NCBI RefSeq assembly: GCF_001194135.2
Contig: NC_068981.1
Coordinates: 36,788,654-36,852,442, forward strand
Origin: Octopus bimaculoides
Taxonomy: Eukaryota
DNA length: 63,789 nucleotides
Direction of reading: 5' to 3'
Below the pieces are notes generated by a model. The model had not been told where the DNA came from and ran no database searches. It saw only the letters and a program-made list of their open reading frames with translations. A program made the translations under genes and the position numbers. Shown here one piece after another: positions 14,020-26,933 of the stretch (the first letter of the stretch is position 1; each line of letters opens with the position of its first letter).

Positions 14020-14290
14020 CAGAGGCCTTGAATTTTAGTCTCACTTGGCTTGCCAGGTCTTCTCACGCACAGCATATTTCCAAAGGTCTCAGTCGCAAGT
14101 CATTGCCTCGGTGAGGCCTAATGTTCGGAGGTCGTACTTCACCACCTCATCCCAGGTATTCCTGGGCCTGCCTCTTCCCTCAACCACTAGGGTGTGGCTC
14201 TCTTTCACACAGCTATCCTCATCTATTCTTGCCACATGTCCATACCAACGCAATCGTCTCTCTTGCACACCACAACTGATGCTTCTTACA
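14020..14290 (-). mobile_element. RTE-clade LINE, ORF2 C-terminal fragment
   Basis: Reverse strand reads RLRWYGHVARIDEDSCVKE...GRPRNTWDEVVKYDLRTLGLTE, like the 17.2 and 31.4 kb copies. Confidence 0.85.
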
Positions 14291-14619
14291 AATTGAAAAT
14301 CAAGACTCAGAGTGCATATGAAACATAATTTGAAATCTAGCAGAAATTAATCATTGAACAATATTAAATCTAGAGTTGATGATTATGTTGGTTAAAATAG
14401 TATTCACATGATATTTTGCAGCCTACTGTAAAGTGTGTGAAGAAAACGTCAAACTACTATCATTTCTTTGAGATGATGAAACCAATGTCAGTAAAGTTTA
14501 ATGGACATACAATGTTCAAGAGAACTAATTAAGAAATATGATAAAACTTGAACACAGTTGTATCTTTAATACAATTTGTTTGAAAGAAAAGCTGCCTCTC
14601 TTTACATTAACAGATGTAC

Positions 14620-14651
<32 letters not shown>

Positions 14652-15914
14652 GTATGTATATATTTATGTATGTATGTGTGTATCTATACATGTATATATC
14701 CATGTATGTATTTGTGTATGTTTTTATGAGTTTATATTTGAGTGTTGTGTGCATGTGTGTGTTGTGTGCTTGCATGTGTATGTCTGCATATATGTGTATA
14801 TATATGTATATTGAAGGATGGAAGCATTGATAACCTCACTCCCTGCAAAAAATGGTGATATTTGTTCTGCTCCAAGTTACACAGACAATCTCTTGTCACT
14901 TTCATTACTGAAAATGCAGTGAACCAGGGATTGGCACATTGGAAACCTATAACCAAAAACACTATTGTTTACCAATCATGATATTAATTAAAAAAATAAA
15001 AGTGAATAAAATAAATGAATAAAAGTACTCACACAGCATTGAGGTGAAATCTAAGAATGTATGAAGAAAATTACTTGTCTAGTTGTAGAATATCAGTCTT
15101 TCAAAGATAACTTTGTCAATACCTGGTAGACTGAGATTTTATCAAAATGAAAGCATAGCAAAAGACTAAGTTTCCAACTTTTCAGATGACATAAGTTCAT
15201 CGTAATTTTCCCCACAAGAAAAAGAAAAAAAAAACATGCCAAATATTACAAAAGCACACTTAAAATTTCATGCTGGTTTTTAAGAATGTGTTTAACATTT
15301 TAAGTGTCAACAAATTTGCTACATGGCTTGCAAAAGGTTTGGTAGACTACATAAATCATAGGTGCAAAATATGAAGAATACATTAGCTGCTCACATAGTC
15401 TTTTCAGCCAACTTATTTCAGTTCAAGACAAAGATTTAAAAACCATCATGTCATTTTCTGTGATATTCGTTTCTTCTACTTTCTATGGTATATAGAGAAA
15501 GCCTCTTATCTAGAATCTTACAAATTCATATTGTATCTCATAATGTACCTCCACATAATAAAGAAATGTCTTTCTTCCAAGCACTAACAAGAAAGGGAGT
15601 AATCAAGCCCATGAATCTGTAAAGTTTAATATTGCAGACATGGTGTTTTAGTTTGATGTTACTGAGTGTTCTTTGGCTTTGTATATCTTCCCCAAGATCG
15701 TCCCCTCTTGTATATCGTCCCCTCTTACCACTATGATACTTCGGCCAAATACCTTTGTAGGTATGATTCTTTGAAGGTTAAAATTATATCTCAAGCCATT
15801 GATAGGATCATCAAGGTACTATTGGTGGCAAGAATATGACCCTTATTTCACCCCAATTACTGACAAGTCGACCACCTGAGCAAATAGGTTCATTGTCTAA
15901 TATGAGAAGAGCTT

Positions 15915-16134
15915 AAGGCAGTGGGCTGGCAGAATCAGTAGCACACCAAGCTAAGTGCTTAGTGGAATTTCATCTATTTTACGTTCTGAGTTCAAATTTT
16001 GGTGGGACTGACTTTACCTTTCATCTTTTTGGGGGTCTATAAAATAAGCACCATTTGAACACTGGTATTGATGTAATCGACTTAACCCCCTCTTCTGAAA
16101 TTACTGCCTTGTGCCAAAATTTGAAACTAATATT
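15915..16134 (+). mobile_element. SINE family A
   Basis: gggctggcagaatc...gagttcaaattt...ctttcatc; tail ccttgtgccaaaatttgaaac. Confidence 0.8.
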
Positions 16135-16479
16135 AGTAAAGCCTTCGCCTCATCAACTAAAAGCTTGAGGACATCTTCCTGACATTTATGCCTTCCAAGA
16201 GCAAAATTCTAGCAAGCCTAATATTCATGCTGAGCCAATAATTATCAGAACTAGCAAACTTACCCATCTACGATGTGTGATAAGAGCAAGGTGCAAATCG
16301 AGACAATTTAAGTTGTAATGTACTTATTTTCATTCACTATATTTGCTAGTGCCAAACTATATAGTGTGCCTTATTGAACAATATATATGTAAACGTTTAC
16401 ATAACACATTCATGGTGCTATCTTTACAAAACATCTTTGTAAACAATATTTTCCATTTGTCCGCTACTAAGCTTCAAAT

Positions 16480-16965
16480 TAGCTGAATCCGTAGCCCTAC
16501 TCATCGTGACATACAGCTGGCTGTGCGTGAACATAGGAGAGGGCAGAAACACACCGATGCAGGAGCAGGAAGAGGAGGTTGGACTGATCTCTGCGGGAAA
16601 AGGTAGGCCTCTCTATTCCTCTTACAAAACTTACTTCCGGGTGCCAAATTTGCCTCAATTGATGGTATTACTCAGGTAGGACAGGGACAGGGGCCGAAGG
16701 AGGAGGTCAAGCATGTCCCTTTAAGAGGGTGCAGGCCACTCTATTCCTTCTGCTAAAGTTATTTCCGGGTGCCAAAGTTACCTCAATTGATGGAATTTTT
16801 CTAAAAAATATGGGGAGAGGAGAGACTAAACCTATACATAAACCACCCTAGAGACCTCCCGAACACTCCTACAGAGTTTCATGCCGATTGGCCCAACCGC
16901 TTGGCCGTGATGTGAATACAGATGGACAGATGGACATTACACCCATTATAGTATGATAGTAATGA
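16480..16965 (+). mobile_element. possible non-autonomous Helitron/Helentron-like (Lep1/DINE-type) element
   Basis: GC-richer island with two 61-bp direct repeats and a 3' end tttcatgccgattggcccaaccgcttggccgtg...acagatggacagatggac...tatagtatgat resembling Lep1-type ends as I recall them. Confidence 0.35.
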
Positions 16966-16984
16966 TGCACTGGTAATTGGTGCG

Positions 16985-18040
16985 TTGTCTTTAGAAACTT
17001 GTGAGCAACCACATCTCCCATGCCACTATCATTAACATTTGATGCATGTGTACGAACAGCCATGCTACATGGCAGTAAAACATGGGCTGTGACTGTTGAG
17101 GACATGCATAAGCTTGCAAGGAACGAACCCAGTATGCTCTGCTGGATGTGTAATGTCAGTGTGCATACTCAACAGAGTATAAGAGCCCTGAGAGAAAAGT
17201 TGGACCTAAGAAACATCAGATGTGGTGTGCAAGAGAGACAACTGCGCTGATATGGTCATGTGGTGTGAATGGATGAGGATAGCTGTGTGAAAACATATCA
17301 CACCCTTGAGATTAAGGGAACCCATGGAAGAGGTAGACACAGGAAGAGGTGGTGAAGCACAACCTTCGAACATTAGGCCTCACCAAGGCAATGACTAGTG
17401 ACTGAGACCTTTGGAAATATGCTGTACTTGAGGAGACCCGGCAAGCCAAGTGAGACCATAACCCGTGGCCTATGCCAGTGGTGTAATCAGCCCACTTATG
17501 CGCACCTTTCCTTCATTGGACACTAAACTCTGCTTGCAAAAAGCTGTTGAAGCAAGTGAAATCGAAATCAAATTCAATGATAGCACAGTACGACTGGCAT
17601 CTGTGCTAGTGGAGCACTATGAGCACCATCTGAGCATGATCGTTGCCAGGGCTACTGACTGGCTCCCATGCCGGTGGCACATAAAAAGCACCATTCAAGC
17701 ATGATCGTTACCAGTGTCACCTTACTGGCATGTGAAAAACAACATTTGAGCAAGGTTGTTACCAGTGCCGCTAGACTGGCTCCTGTGCAGGTGACACATA
17801 AAAAACACCATTTGGGCGTGGCTGTTGTCAGTACTGCCTGACTGGCCCTCGTGCCATTGGCACAGAAAAGCACCCACTACACTCTCGGAGTGGTTGGCAT
17901 TAGGAAGGGCATCCAGCTGTAGAAACTCTGCCAGATCAGATTGGAGCCTGGTGCAGCCATCTGGCTTGCCAGTCCCCAGTCAAACCGTCTAACTCATGCC
18001 AGCATGGAAAGCGGATGTTAAACGATGATGATGATGACTA
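16985..18040 (+). mobile_element. 5'-truncated RTE LINE with long 3' UTR and (GAT)n tail
   Basis: DACVRTAMLHGS.TWA...MLCWMCNV...QERQLR(W)YGHV; 3' UTR with 4-5 diverged ~60-bp subrepeats, aggaagggcatccagctgtagaaac, ending gttaaacgatgatgatgatg. Confidence 0.9.
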
Positions 18041-19783
18041 TTTGCCTTTATGCAATGCTGATAAACATTCATTAACAGACAACTTCATTTGAAAAACTTG
18101 GGTTTTCCAAGGTATTGACTGCCAATACAACCCTGTTTCACCACTATTACGTAATTAATAGCCCTTAATAATTAAATATTTTAACCTGTTCCGAAATGCT
18201 TTGATTTTCTTGCTTGGTGAGCTGCCTGGATTACTGTGGGTAATTGTATTAACCCTTCTGCAGTGATTTCTAAATCACCATCACATCACTAGCTTTGAAA
18301 TTTTTGATGCGTATATGCTAGCTAGCTTGGCTGCAACACTTTCAGTTTTGATGCCACAGATGTTGTTGGTGTAGTATCATTGACAGATAAACTACTTTGT
18401 CACTGCCTTCTTAATAACGACTCTAATATGTTACAACATTCCATGATCTATAAATTCAATGAAAATTTATTAACTGAAACTGATTTTCGTTATAACGATA
18501 CTGTTCTTACAGGATTGTGATATAATCTGGTTGTAATTTGCTTTCAAATCTAATAACTTACACTCAGAAACAAAGATTAAATCAAGTTGAAATGGGCAAA
18601 TACTTTATTATGAGTAACACTTATGTTAGATTAATAAGTTCAGTGCAATAGCACAATGTGACAATAACTACCTTACACAACACAACTTGTATGGCTCTAT
18701 ATAACTTTTGATATTTCAGTGATTGGATATGTTTTAGATATATGTTGTACTACTTGGCTTTAAGAGAAAATAATAATCTAAAGAAAAAGCATGTGGCCTT
18801 ATCTGCAAACTAGAAGCAGGAGCTTACAATTAAGTTAGAGACTGGTACTTCATTGGAATGAGTTTGAGAAGAACAGTATGACAGTTTTCTTCACAAGCAA
18901 GGTGAAGAACAACCTAGTGGATTTCCTTTGAAATTTAATATTCCTTAAAATTCTAAGGCATCACCTGTTAGCACAAGGAAACATATCAGAGTTGCAAAAT
19001 ATAGAAACCAATATATTTATTCACTGAACAAAAACTGCAAGTCAACACAAGTTGTATTGTGTTTTATATAGTGGTGATTATCATATTGTGTTTCTATGCT
19101 GAATCTGCCATTGTTTCTACGATGTTACTTTGTATATATGATGTGTGTTAAGAAGTTATTGGAGATCCAGCAATTACACTGGCTTTGATAGTTTTTTTTT
19201 TGTTTTTATTAAATGTTTTAACAGTTGCTTTATGTATATCAAACTACTTTGCAATTTCTATGGAACACTTTCTATTTGAAGTTCATCTAATATATTCATT
19301 TTCATTTCTAGAGAAATCAACTTTCTTGACATTTGAAACTCTTATTCACTCTTGAAAATATTTTGAAAGATATTTGAATAATTATACCTCACTTGTTAAT
19401 TTAGAGAGTGGTCTATTTCAATATCATAAAAGTGAAATGAAAGTAAAAAAAAAAAAAATAATGTAAAACTAAAGTTGAAATGATGAAGTTGTATTTCTGT
19501 ACACATAAAGTGAAAAAGCAAAAGCAAAATGGAACCATGCAAACTAAGTACCATGTAAACTGAAGTGGGTTCAGAAAAAGGGTTGGAAATAAAAAGGATG
19601 TCCAGCTGTAGAAACCATGCCAAAACTGAGAAATTGAAGCAAAACAGCTTCCTTTGACCCATTGGATTCCGTCAAATGATCCAACACATGCAAGTATGGA
19701 AAGTAAAGGTGAAATGACAATGATGATGATGATGAGGAGGGCAATGAAAATGACATATACATATGTGTATATATATGAATATA

Positions 19784-21087
19784 CAGGGTGTTCAGGCCAA
19801 ATTTCCCAGTTTGCATAAAACGAAAATAAAACAATATCCTATTTAAAGATAAAAGTATTTAGAAAATCAAAAAATATCAACTAGATTATGATTATGGCTA
19901 AGATATAACAATTTACTCTAAGTAGCCACCCTAATCTTCCACCACAGCCTCAAAGAGGCTCCGGAATCTCATGCACACATTCCTCACCGTGTCCCTGGGA
20001 CAATTTTCAAACACCTCTTTGATTTTGGCCACCAACTTGGCCTTGCTGCTGCAAGCAGAGTTGTTGTATCTCATACATTGTAATCCATAGCATTACAATC
20101 AAGGGAATTTTAGGGGCCACAAATTGGGACTGGTGAAGTTATAGAAATTCTCCAACAACCACTTTTGATTCTTTCTGAAGGTATGGCAAGGAACTGAATC
20201 CTGCTGCCACACATATGGCCTTCCAGCAGCAACCCTCTCCTGTCAGATTTTGACGACAATCTTCATCAGCTTCACACAGTGATCTGAATTGAGCCTTAGG
20301 CTTTGTTCATACATGTAGGACAACATGATGTCACCCTCAATGGAGACATCCAAAGGCTATCACATTTTGAGGAAGTTGATTTTCATGATAAGTACAATAT
20401 CACATGGATTGTAGACAAGCTATCTGTTGTTCTGGGTGTTGTGTAACTGGTCCTGGCAGAAGTTCTTTTCATCTCAGCAGATCATCCTTGGCTTAACAGG
20501 ATGCCTCAACTTGTTAAAGAGCTTGTCAGCCTTTGTCATGCAGTTCTCCTTGGCTTTGGCTATCAGAATCTATACCTTGCACCTCTTGTATGACTGGTAG
20601 CAAAGATACTCATTTAGGCCCAGCTTCATGGCTGTATATCCAATACCTATATCTCCCGTAAAACCCAAATTTCCTTGCTCAGATCTTACTTCATCTTCTC
20701 TGCAGTTGTTGGATGAATCCAAGCATGCAGATGCAGTCAGAACACCTGCTGTGTCCCTTCCTGCTGTGTCCCTTCCTGCTGGTCACAACTTTGTAGTCTT
20801 CATTGAAGCTATCCATGTCCTGTCTTACTGCCTTTACAGTGTTTTCTGAACATTGAGCAGCAGTCATGATGTTGACATTTTGAAACACGAGGCAAATCAT
20901 CCTGATACTGGTAATTCTTTTCTAATATTCAGATAGTTTCCACTCCTCCATGTCAGCTAACATTTGTTTGACTATAACTTTAACCTTCATGCTCTCTAAT
21001 GCCATTGGACTATTCACAAAGAAAATCTAACTGTTCCATAAGAAAAAAAGGAAACAAAAAATCTTTAAATTTAACCCAAACACCTTG
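19784..21087 (-). mobile_element. full-length decayed DD37D (maT-type) Tc1/mariner element
   Basis: TIRs cagggtgttcaggccaaattt and aaatttaacccaaacaccttg, each flanked by TA. Minus strand reads DEKNFCQDQLHNTQNNR, PYVWQQDSVPCH and ENFYNFTSPNLWP. Confidence 0.85.
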
Positions 21088-21089
21088 TA

Positions 21090-21225
21090 GGCAAACAAAC
21101 ATGCAGACACACAAACATGTATATGCATGTATGTATGTATGTATGTATGTATGTATGTATGTATGTATGTATGTATGTATGTATGCATGCATGCATGTAT
21201 GTATGTATGTATGTATGTATGTAGA
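21090..21225. repeat. (TATG)n microsatellite
   Basis: Visible tetranucleotide tract. Confidence 0.9.
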
Positions 21226-21398
21226 TGTACCCACATATGTTTTTGAACCTGAACTTGTGTTTGTAAAATTATTTCACAGTACAATTGTTAATTAATAGTT
21301 TATAGCTTCTAATCAACTTTAACATTTTGATCATAAGGAGAAAAACAGTTAGTTTTAAATCCCTGAGTGAGAAATAAGTAGTAACAGTACTACAGGTC

Positions 21399-21720
21399 AA
21401 AGTCTATTTGCCAATGTAAAGTGGCAGTCCTGATTAGGATGGTGTCACTACTTTTAAAGTGACACACAATCATTGATCGAAGCCTAGTGCTGCCATCTCT
21501 AGCCAACGGTTATCCTATGCAAATGAAGGGAAATAATCCAGAAACCATTGGTTCATAGGTACTGTTTAAAGCAGAGTGGGGATATTAGCTCTCTTGTTTG
21601 AGGCATAAGGATGCAGCTGTGTGTCGATCACCAGCTGGAAAATATATTTTCCTGGGGCTAAAAAAAGGTAGTAACGCCGTCCTAATCAAGACTGCCACTT
21701 TATGCTGGCATATAGACCTT
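21399..21720. mobile_element. MITE with ~50-bp terminal inverted repeats
   Basis: gtctatttgccaatgtaaagtggcagtcctgattaggatggtgtcactac pairs with gtagtaacgccgtcctaatcaagactgccactttatgctggcatatagac. Confidence 0.75.
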
Positions 21721-22189
21721 ATTTTGATTATACTTTCATACTTATGATCAAAAATGATCTTTCCATGAATACTTTTCCTCCTATTTAGACATGATATAGC
21801 CAAGAGCACCTCACCCAATATAGTTTTTCTTTTTCAAGAGACTTGTACACAATCTGAGTAATATTTGGCTACTATTTCTAAAAGGTTGACAGTCCTGGTA
21901 GAGATTTCCTCTTTGGCTTGAAATAATTCTTTGTAATTCCATAATATAATTCTTTTTACTTTATTGTGCTTTCTTTTAATTCATATTTTGAGAGGTCAAT
22001 ATCATTTTTCTAAAATGATATTTGCTATTTTTCTGTGTATTTATTTAAAATTAATGACAGCATCATAAAGGGGTATAGAGTCTGGGTGGATAATGACAAA
22101 GCAGTGTCTATGCATCTAAATCCAAGAATGAATTGTGAGATATTTCAACTTATCCAACACAAATATTCAAGGATTAATACAAACCTCTA

Positions 22190-23570
22190 TAACCACACAC
22201 CCAGATTCACCCACACCCCTACAACAGCTTCTACATACACCATGCAGTCCCTACAATTTTCTCCCTGCTCACTCGCACTGACTAACCGACTCCCAACCCT
22301 CTGAACACAACTAACCCCACCACCCAATCCTCCCCATTCTGAAATTCCATTCTCACATTTATTCACATTATACTGTCTTGTCAAGAGGAATTGCAATGGT
22401 AGAGTTTATGTGTGGAGACTGTGGGGTATAGAGGAAAGGAGAGGGGGACGGTTTTGAGGGATAAATGGAGTTCTTAAGGAGTAACTAAGTGTCATCGGCA
22501 TTGGTGTTGATATTGGTGTTGTTGTAGGTTGTGTGCTGTGGAAAATGATGATGATAATGATGATAATAATTTTGTTTAGAAAGGGTGTTGTTTGTGATCG
22601 TGGCCACATTTAAGTTGGAAAGGGGGTTGGATGTTTTGAAGAAGACAGCTATGCTACTTCTCTCCAATATATGTGTATGTAGGTGTGTATGGAGAAAAAA
22701 AAAGAAAGAAGTGCCTAGGTATGAAGAAAGTGGAGTGAAGAGGGGATAGGGTAATGTCCCCTTCATAAGATGGGTCGGTAGGTATGTGAATGGGATGTTG
22801 GTTGGTGGCCAGTTATCAGTGATTTACTGGGGATTTCAGTCTCCCTGGTCCTCCACCACATCAGCTTGATAATGGTAATAAAAACATGTATGTGCACTGG
22901 CTGGCTGCTCCCACCTCACCCTGCACTCTCAGCTATCCGATGCCCACCCACGCCACTTCATCTACTGTCTTCTTGGTTCAGGGATGTGCAAAGTTACTTG
23001 GGCAGAGCAAGACAGGCAGTGGCGACACAATTAATTCTAATCTAATGTATGCGGCTCATAATCATTGGACGGGGGGGGGGTTGAGATGAGATGGGTGTTA
23101 CCAGGGAGGTATTGCATGGTCATGGAGTGGTGGGGAAATGGACAAAATGAAATAAAAATTTATGTTGTTAATGGTGAGGGTGGTGGTAGCGGTAGTGGTA
23201 ATAGTAGTAGTAATTGTCATGGTAGTGGTGGTGGTATAGTGAGCAAGAGCTTGCATGGAAACTGGTGGCTGGTGGCAGGAATATTGGGGTGGGTGTATAA
23301 AGGGCAGAAAAGAGGGAAGAAGAGCATGAGTGGGGTAGATGGAAACCTCATGAATAGGAGTGGGAGGTGGATAGTGAAATGATGGAGAGGAGATAAAGAT
23401 GCTATGTAAAGAGGCGATGAGGTGAGGAGGTGCACGTGGGGGTGTTGTGAAAGGGGAGGGCAAGAAGTGATGGTACTGTTATACGGAGTGGGGAGCAGTC
23501 GGTGGTATTGTGTAAGGGTGTGCAGAACCTGTGAGAGTAGGGAATGAGAAAGTATTGGGAGAGATTAGGG
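22190..23570. repeat. strand-skewed low-complexity region (C-rich then G/T-rich)
   Basis: C/A-rich 22190-22380; G/T-rich 22400-23570 with ggt/gtg repeats. Confidence 0.7.
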
Positions 23571-23639
23571 GGCGCATGTTAGCTCTTTGCAATACAGGGT
23601 CAAGTTATGAACAGAATTCAAAATGAGACAAAAATAAAA

Positions 23640-23671
23640 TATACATAGATACATAGATACACACACACACA

Positions 23672-23724
<53 letters not shown>

Positions 23725-23949
23725 CATGCACACACACACATACGAACACATGTATATGTATGTATGTATGTAGACACACTCACTATACACACATGCAACA
23801 CATGCACACATGAATATGTATGTTTGTATATGTATGAAATTATGGAAAACAAACATACATACACATACATACATATGCATATACATATAAGTACATGTGC
23901 ATGCTTGCGTAAGTATATCTGTATGCATAGAAAGATATGTATGTGTATG

Positions 23950-24030
<81 letters not shown>

Positions 24031-24035
24031 AATAT
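23640..24035. repeat. compound (CA)n/(TA)n microsatellites
   Basis: Visible tracts. Confidence 0.95.
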
Positions 24036-24553
24036 GACTGTATGACTACAGCCGCAAATCATTTGCCTCTGCATCACTGGGGAGGAAGGGGATGCACAAC
24101 TGCTGGTGGAGGTGGGTGACAGGGGATGCAGAGGCTATTATCATGCTAAGTAAACACTATTCCTCTGGCTCAGTGGAGATTGACATATTAATAGCAGCTG
24201 TCCAACTTCCTAAATGGATCATCGTTTACTTCTGCAGTCTTAGTGGTGTAGAAGTGTCAGGGAGACTAGGTATATCTCTGTCCCAGTGATTGGTGGAAGG
24301 AAGGTGTCAACAGAAGAATTTAACTGTTAAAAGAGTCATTTTGCAAAAACAAATTTGGTCATATTATTTTATTGCATTATTCTAAATTTATATCTCTAGT
24401 TTATATGATACCATTATAATATCTAACTACACCAACTTAATTCTAATCACTGTCTGAACTTCACCTTATTTACACACACGTGCACACATGCACACACACA
24501 TGATAAGTATTTATACACACACTCACACATGATAAGTATTTTTACACACACAT

Positions 24554-24604
<51 letters not shown>

Positions 24605-25489
24605 TACATAGCAACACCAACAATAAAACCAGATATATATCTCTTTGTTTTTATTATTGCCACTGACATGGTTGCTGCTGTTGCAGCTGATGATGATGAT
24701 GATGGTATGGTTTATTTTATTTCTAATGAATTCACCCAGTCCCTCTTTGTGTTGCCATCAGAGAAGACAATTTTATAACCTCTGAGAGGATTATCCATAA
24801 ATGCCAAACCAAGGCTGAAAACAAAATGCAACTTTAAAATTTTGATGCAGAAAAAAACAAAGTGCTATTGTTTTCCTTTTATGCTTTCTGTGTATGATGC
24901 ATGGTGTGAGGTGGCAGGTAAGGGGAAACATCCATCCCTTGACTTCAAATGACAGTCTACCACTATACAAGCTTCGAAGTAAAAGAAATACTGAAATATC
25001 GCCAAACTTGAAGAGATTTCTAAGAGCTAATGTTTAGATCAGCTTTCATGGGATTAAGTAAAGAAGGGATAAATCTCTTCTTGGATAAGATATCAGTCTA
25101 TCAGAGATACATCTAATGTATGTTTCCAAAGGGCTGGTGATGGAGCCTCTATGCAGTTGATTGACCTTTGAGAAATAACAGTCAGATCTTCTTCAAATCA
25201 CTGCCTGTAATCATAAAAAAGAGTACAATAGGATATTGCAGTCCCGGATGTAGTTAAAAAAATATAATTAGCAGGTCTAGAATTCTGTGATCATTGATCT
25301 GTTTCATCAGTGTTGACCATGGGTTAAACAACAAAACAATGTATTTCAGATAGCAGAAATTATTGAGGCGCATAGAGAGTTAAAACTCTGGCTTGAAATC
25401 ACAGTGGAAGGGCTGGTGTAGTTTGAACACTCATGTTTATGAAGATATTTGACTATAAGCTAAAGGACAATATACAAAATCATTATCAT

Positions 25490-25905
25490 CATCATCATCG
25501 TTTAACGTCCGCTTTCCATGCTAGCATGGGTTGGATGATTGGACTGAGGACTGGCAAGCCAGAAGGCTGCACCAGGCTCCAATCTGATCTGGCAGAGTTT
25601 CTACAGCTGGATGCCCTTCCTAATGCCAACCACTCCAAGAGTGTAGTGGGTGCTTTTACGTGCCACTGGCACGAGGGCCAGTCATACAGTACTGGCAACA
25701 GCCACGCTCAAAATGGTGTTTTTTACATGCCACCTGCACGTGAGCCAGTCCAGCGGCACTGGCAATGACCTCGCTCGAATGATTTTCTAATGTGCCACCA
25801 GCACAAGTGCTAGAAGGCGATGCTGGTAACGATTACGCTCAAATGGTGCTATTTTTGGGCCACTAGCACGGAAGCCAGACAGCTGCTCTGGCAATGAATA
25901 CGTTC
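25490..25905 (-). mobile_element. RTE 3' module (subrepeats plus conserved 3' end, CAT tail)
   Basis: Reverse complement of about 17640-18040; starts catcatcatcgtttaacgtccgc. Confidence 0.9.
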
Positions 25906-26722
25906 AAAAAAGAAAAACTTAATTAAAATTTCTCACTTGGAGTAAGAAATCAAAACCCTAGTGGCAATTGTGAAAAGAGAGATGATTTCAAGAATTAAGA
26001 ATTAATCTACTAAAATCAATTTACATGCTTAGGAGAAGATAAGTGTGGTGTTTGTATTGGACTGAAAGCTTATAGATCATGAGTTTAGTACTGACTGTCG
26101 AGATTTAGTTGTAAAGCTGAATATGTGTTTATTCTCTATGCTTCACTTCACCTAGTTGTCAGGAATGGGCACCAGATTATATTGAAATGTTACTTGAGAT
26201 ACTGAAAATCTCATTGCCAGGAGTTCTGTCTTTCATCCATTTAGTAACACTACAAAACCCAAGCTAAGTTGTAGTTCATGATGGCCTTGATTTGGCTGGA
26301 ATGCTTTTCATCATAGATTTACTTGATCAAGATTAACCTGTAATTAAGCAACATAAACAAATATTACAATGTAAATGATTTATTTTACTTCTAGTCAAAA
26401 TATATGGTTCCCAAGTTGTGCAATTTTATAAAGTATAACAATTGTGGGATTTTATATTATTGCAAATCTATGTGATGCTTTTAGATTGTTTGTCAGAGTA
26501 CAGAAAATTAGATCTTGTCAAAGGCCCTTTAAACAGTGATGAATGCAGTGTAGATTTGTTTATTCTTTGTTAAGAATATTTGTGGTAGTTGTTTCATCAC
26601 AAATATGGCATATGTTGATCAGCATACTCAAAGAAACCAAGATTACATCTGATCAAATTTGACCCCTTCAATCAATACATTCGGTGTTCAAGCAAATGGT
26701 AAACATGCTTCTTTTTTTTCAG

Positions 26723-26933
26723 CTACCTTCCATTCATTATCATTCTCAAAACGCCTGAGTGCAGAATGTCATATTTGAAGATTTGGTTCCTTTTGCAGAA
26801 TCTGCTGAAGTGTTGTAGAAGAAAATGTTCCAAAGTCAGAAACACAGACTGCAAAGATCAAAACACTGTTTGGAAACCAGGAACAGATTTAGTTCAAATG
26901 AGAAAAGAGACTTACTCAATGTATAGGAGATGA
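26723..26933 (+). CDS. candidate terminal exon of a membrane protein (GPCR TM7/helix 8/C-tail-like)
   Basis: cttcttttttttcag acceptor, then 69 open codons YLPFIIILKTPECRMSYLKIWFLLQNLLKCCRRKCSKV...YRR* ending at TGA 26931-26933. No partner exons found. Confidence 0.25.
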
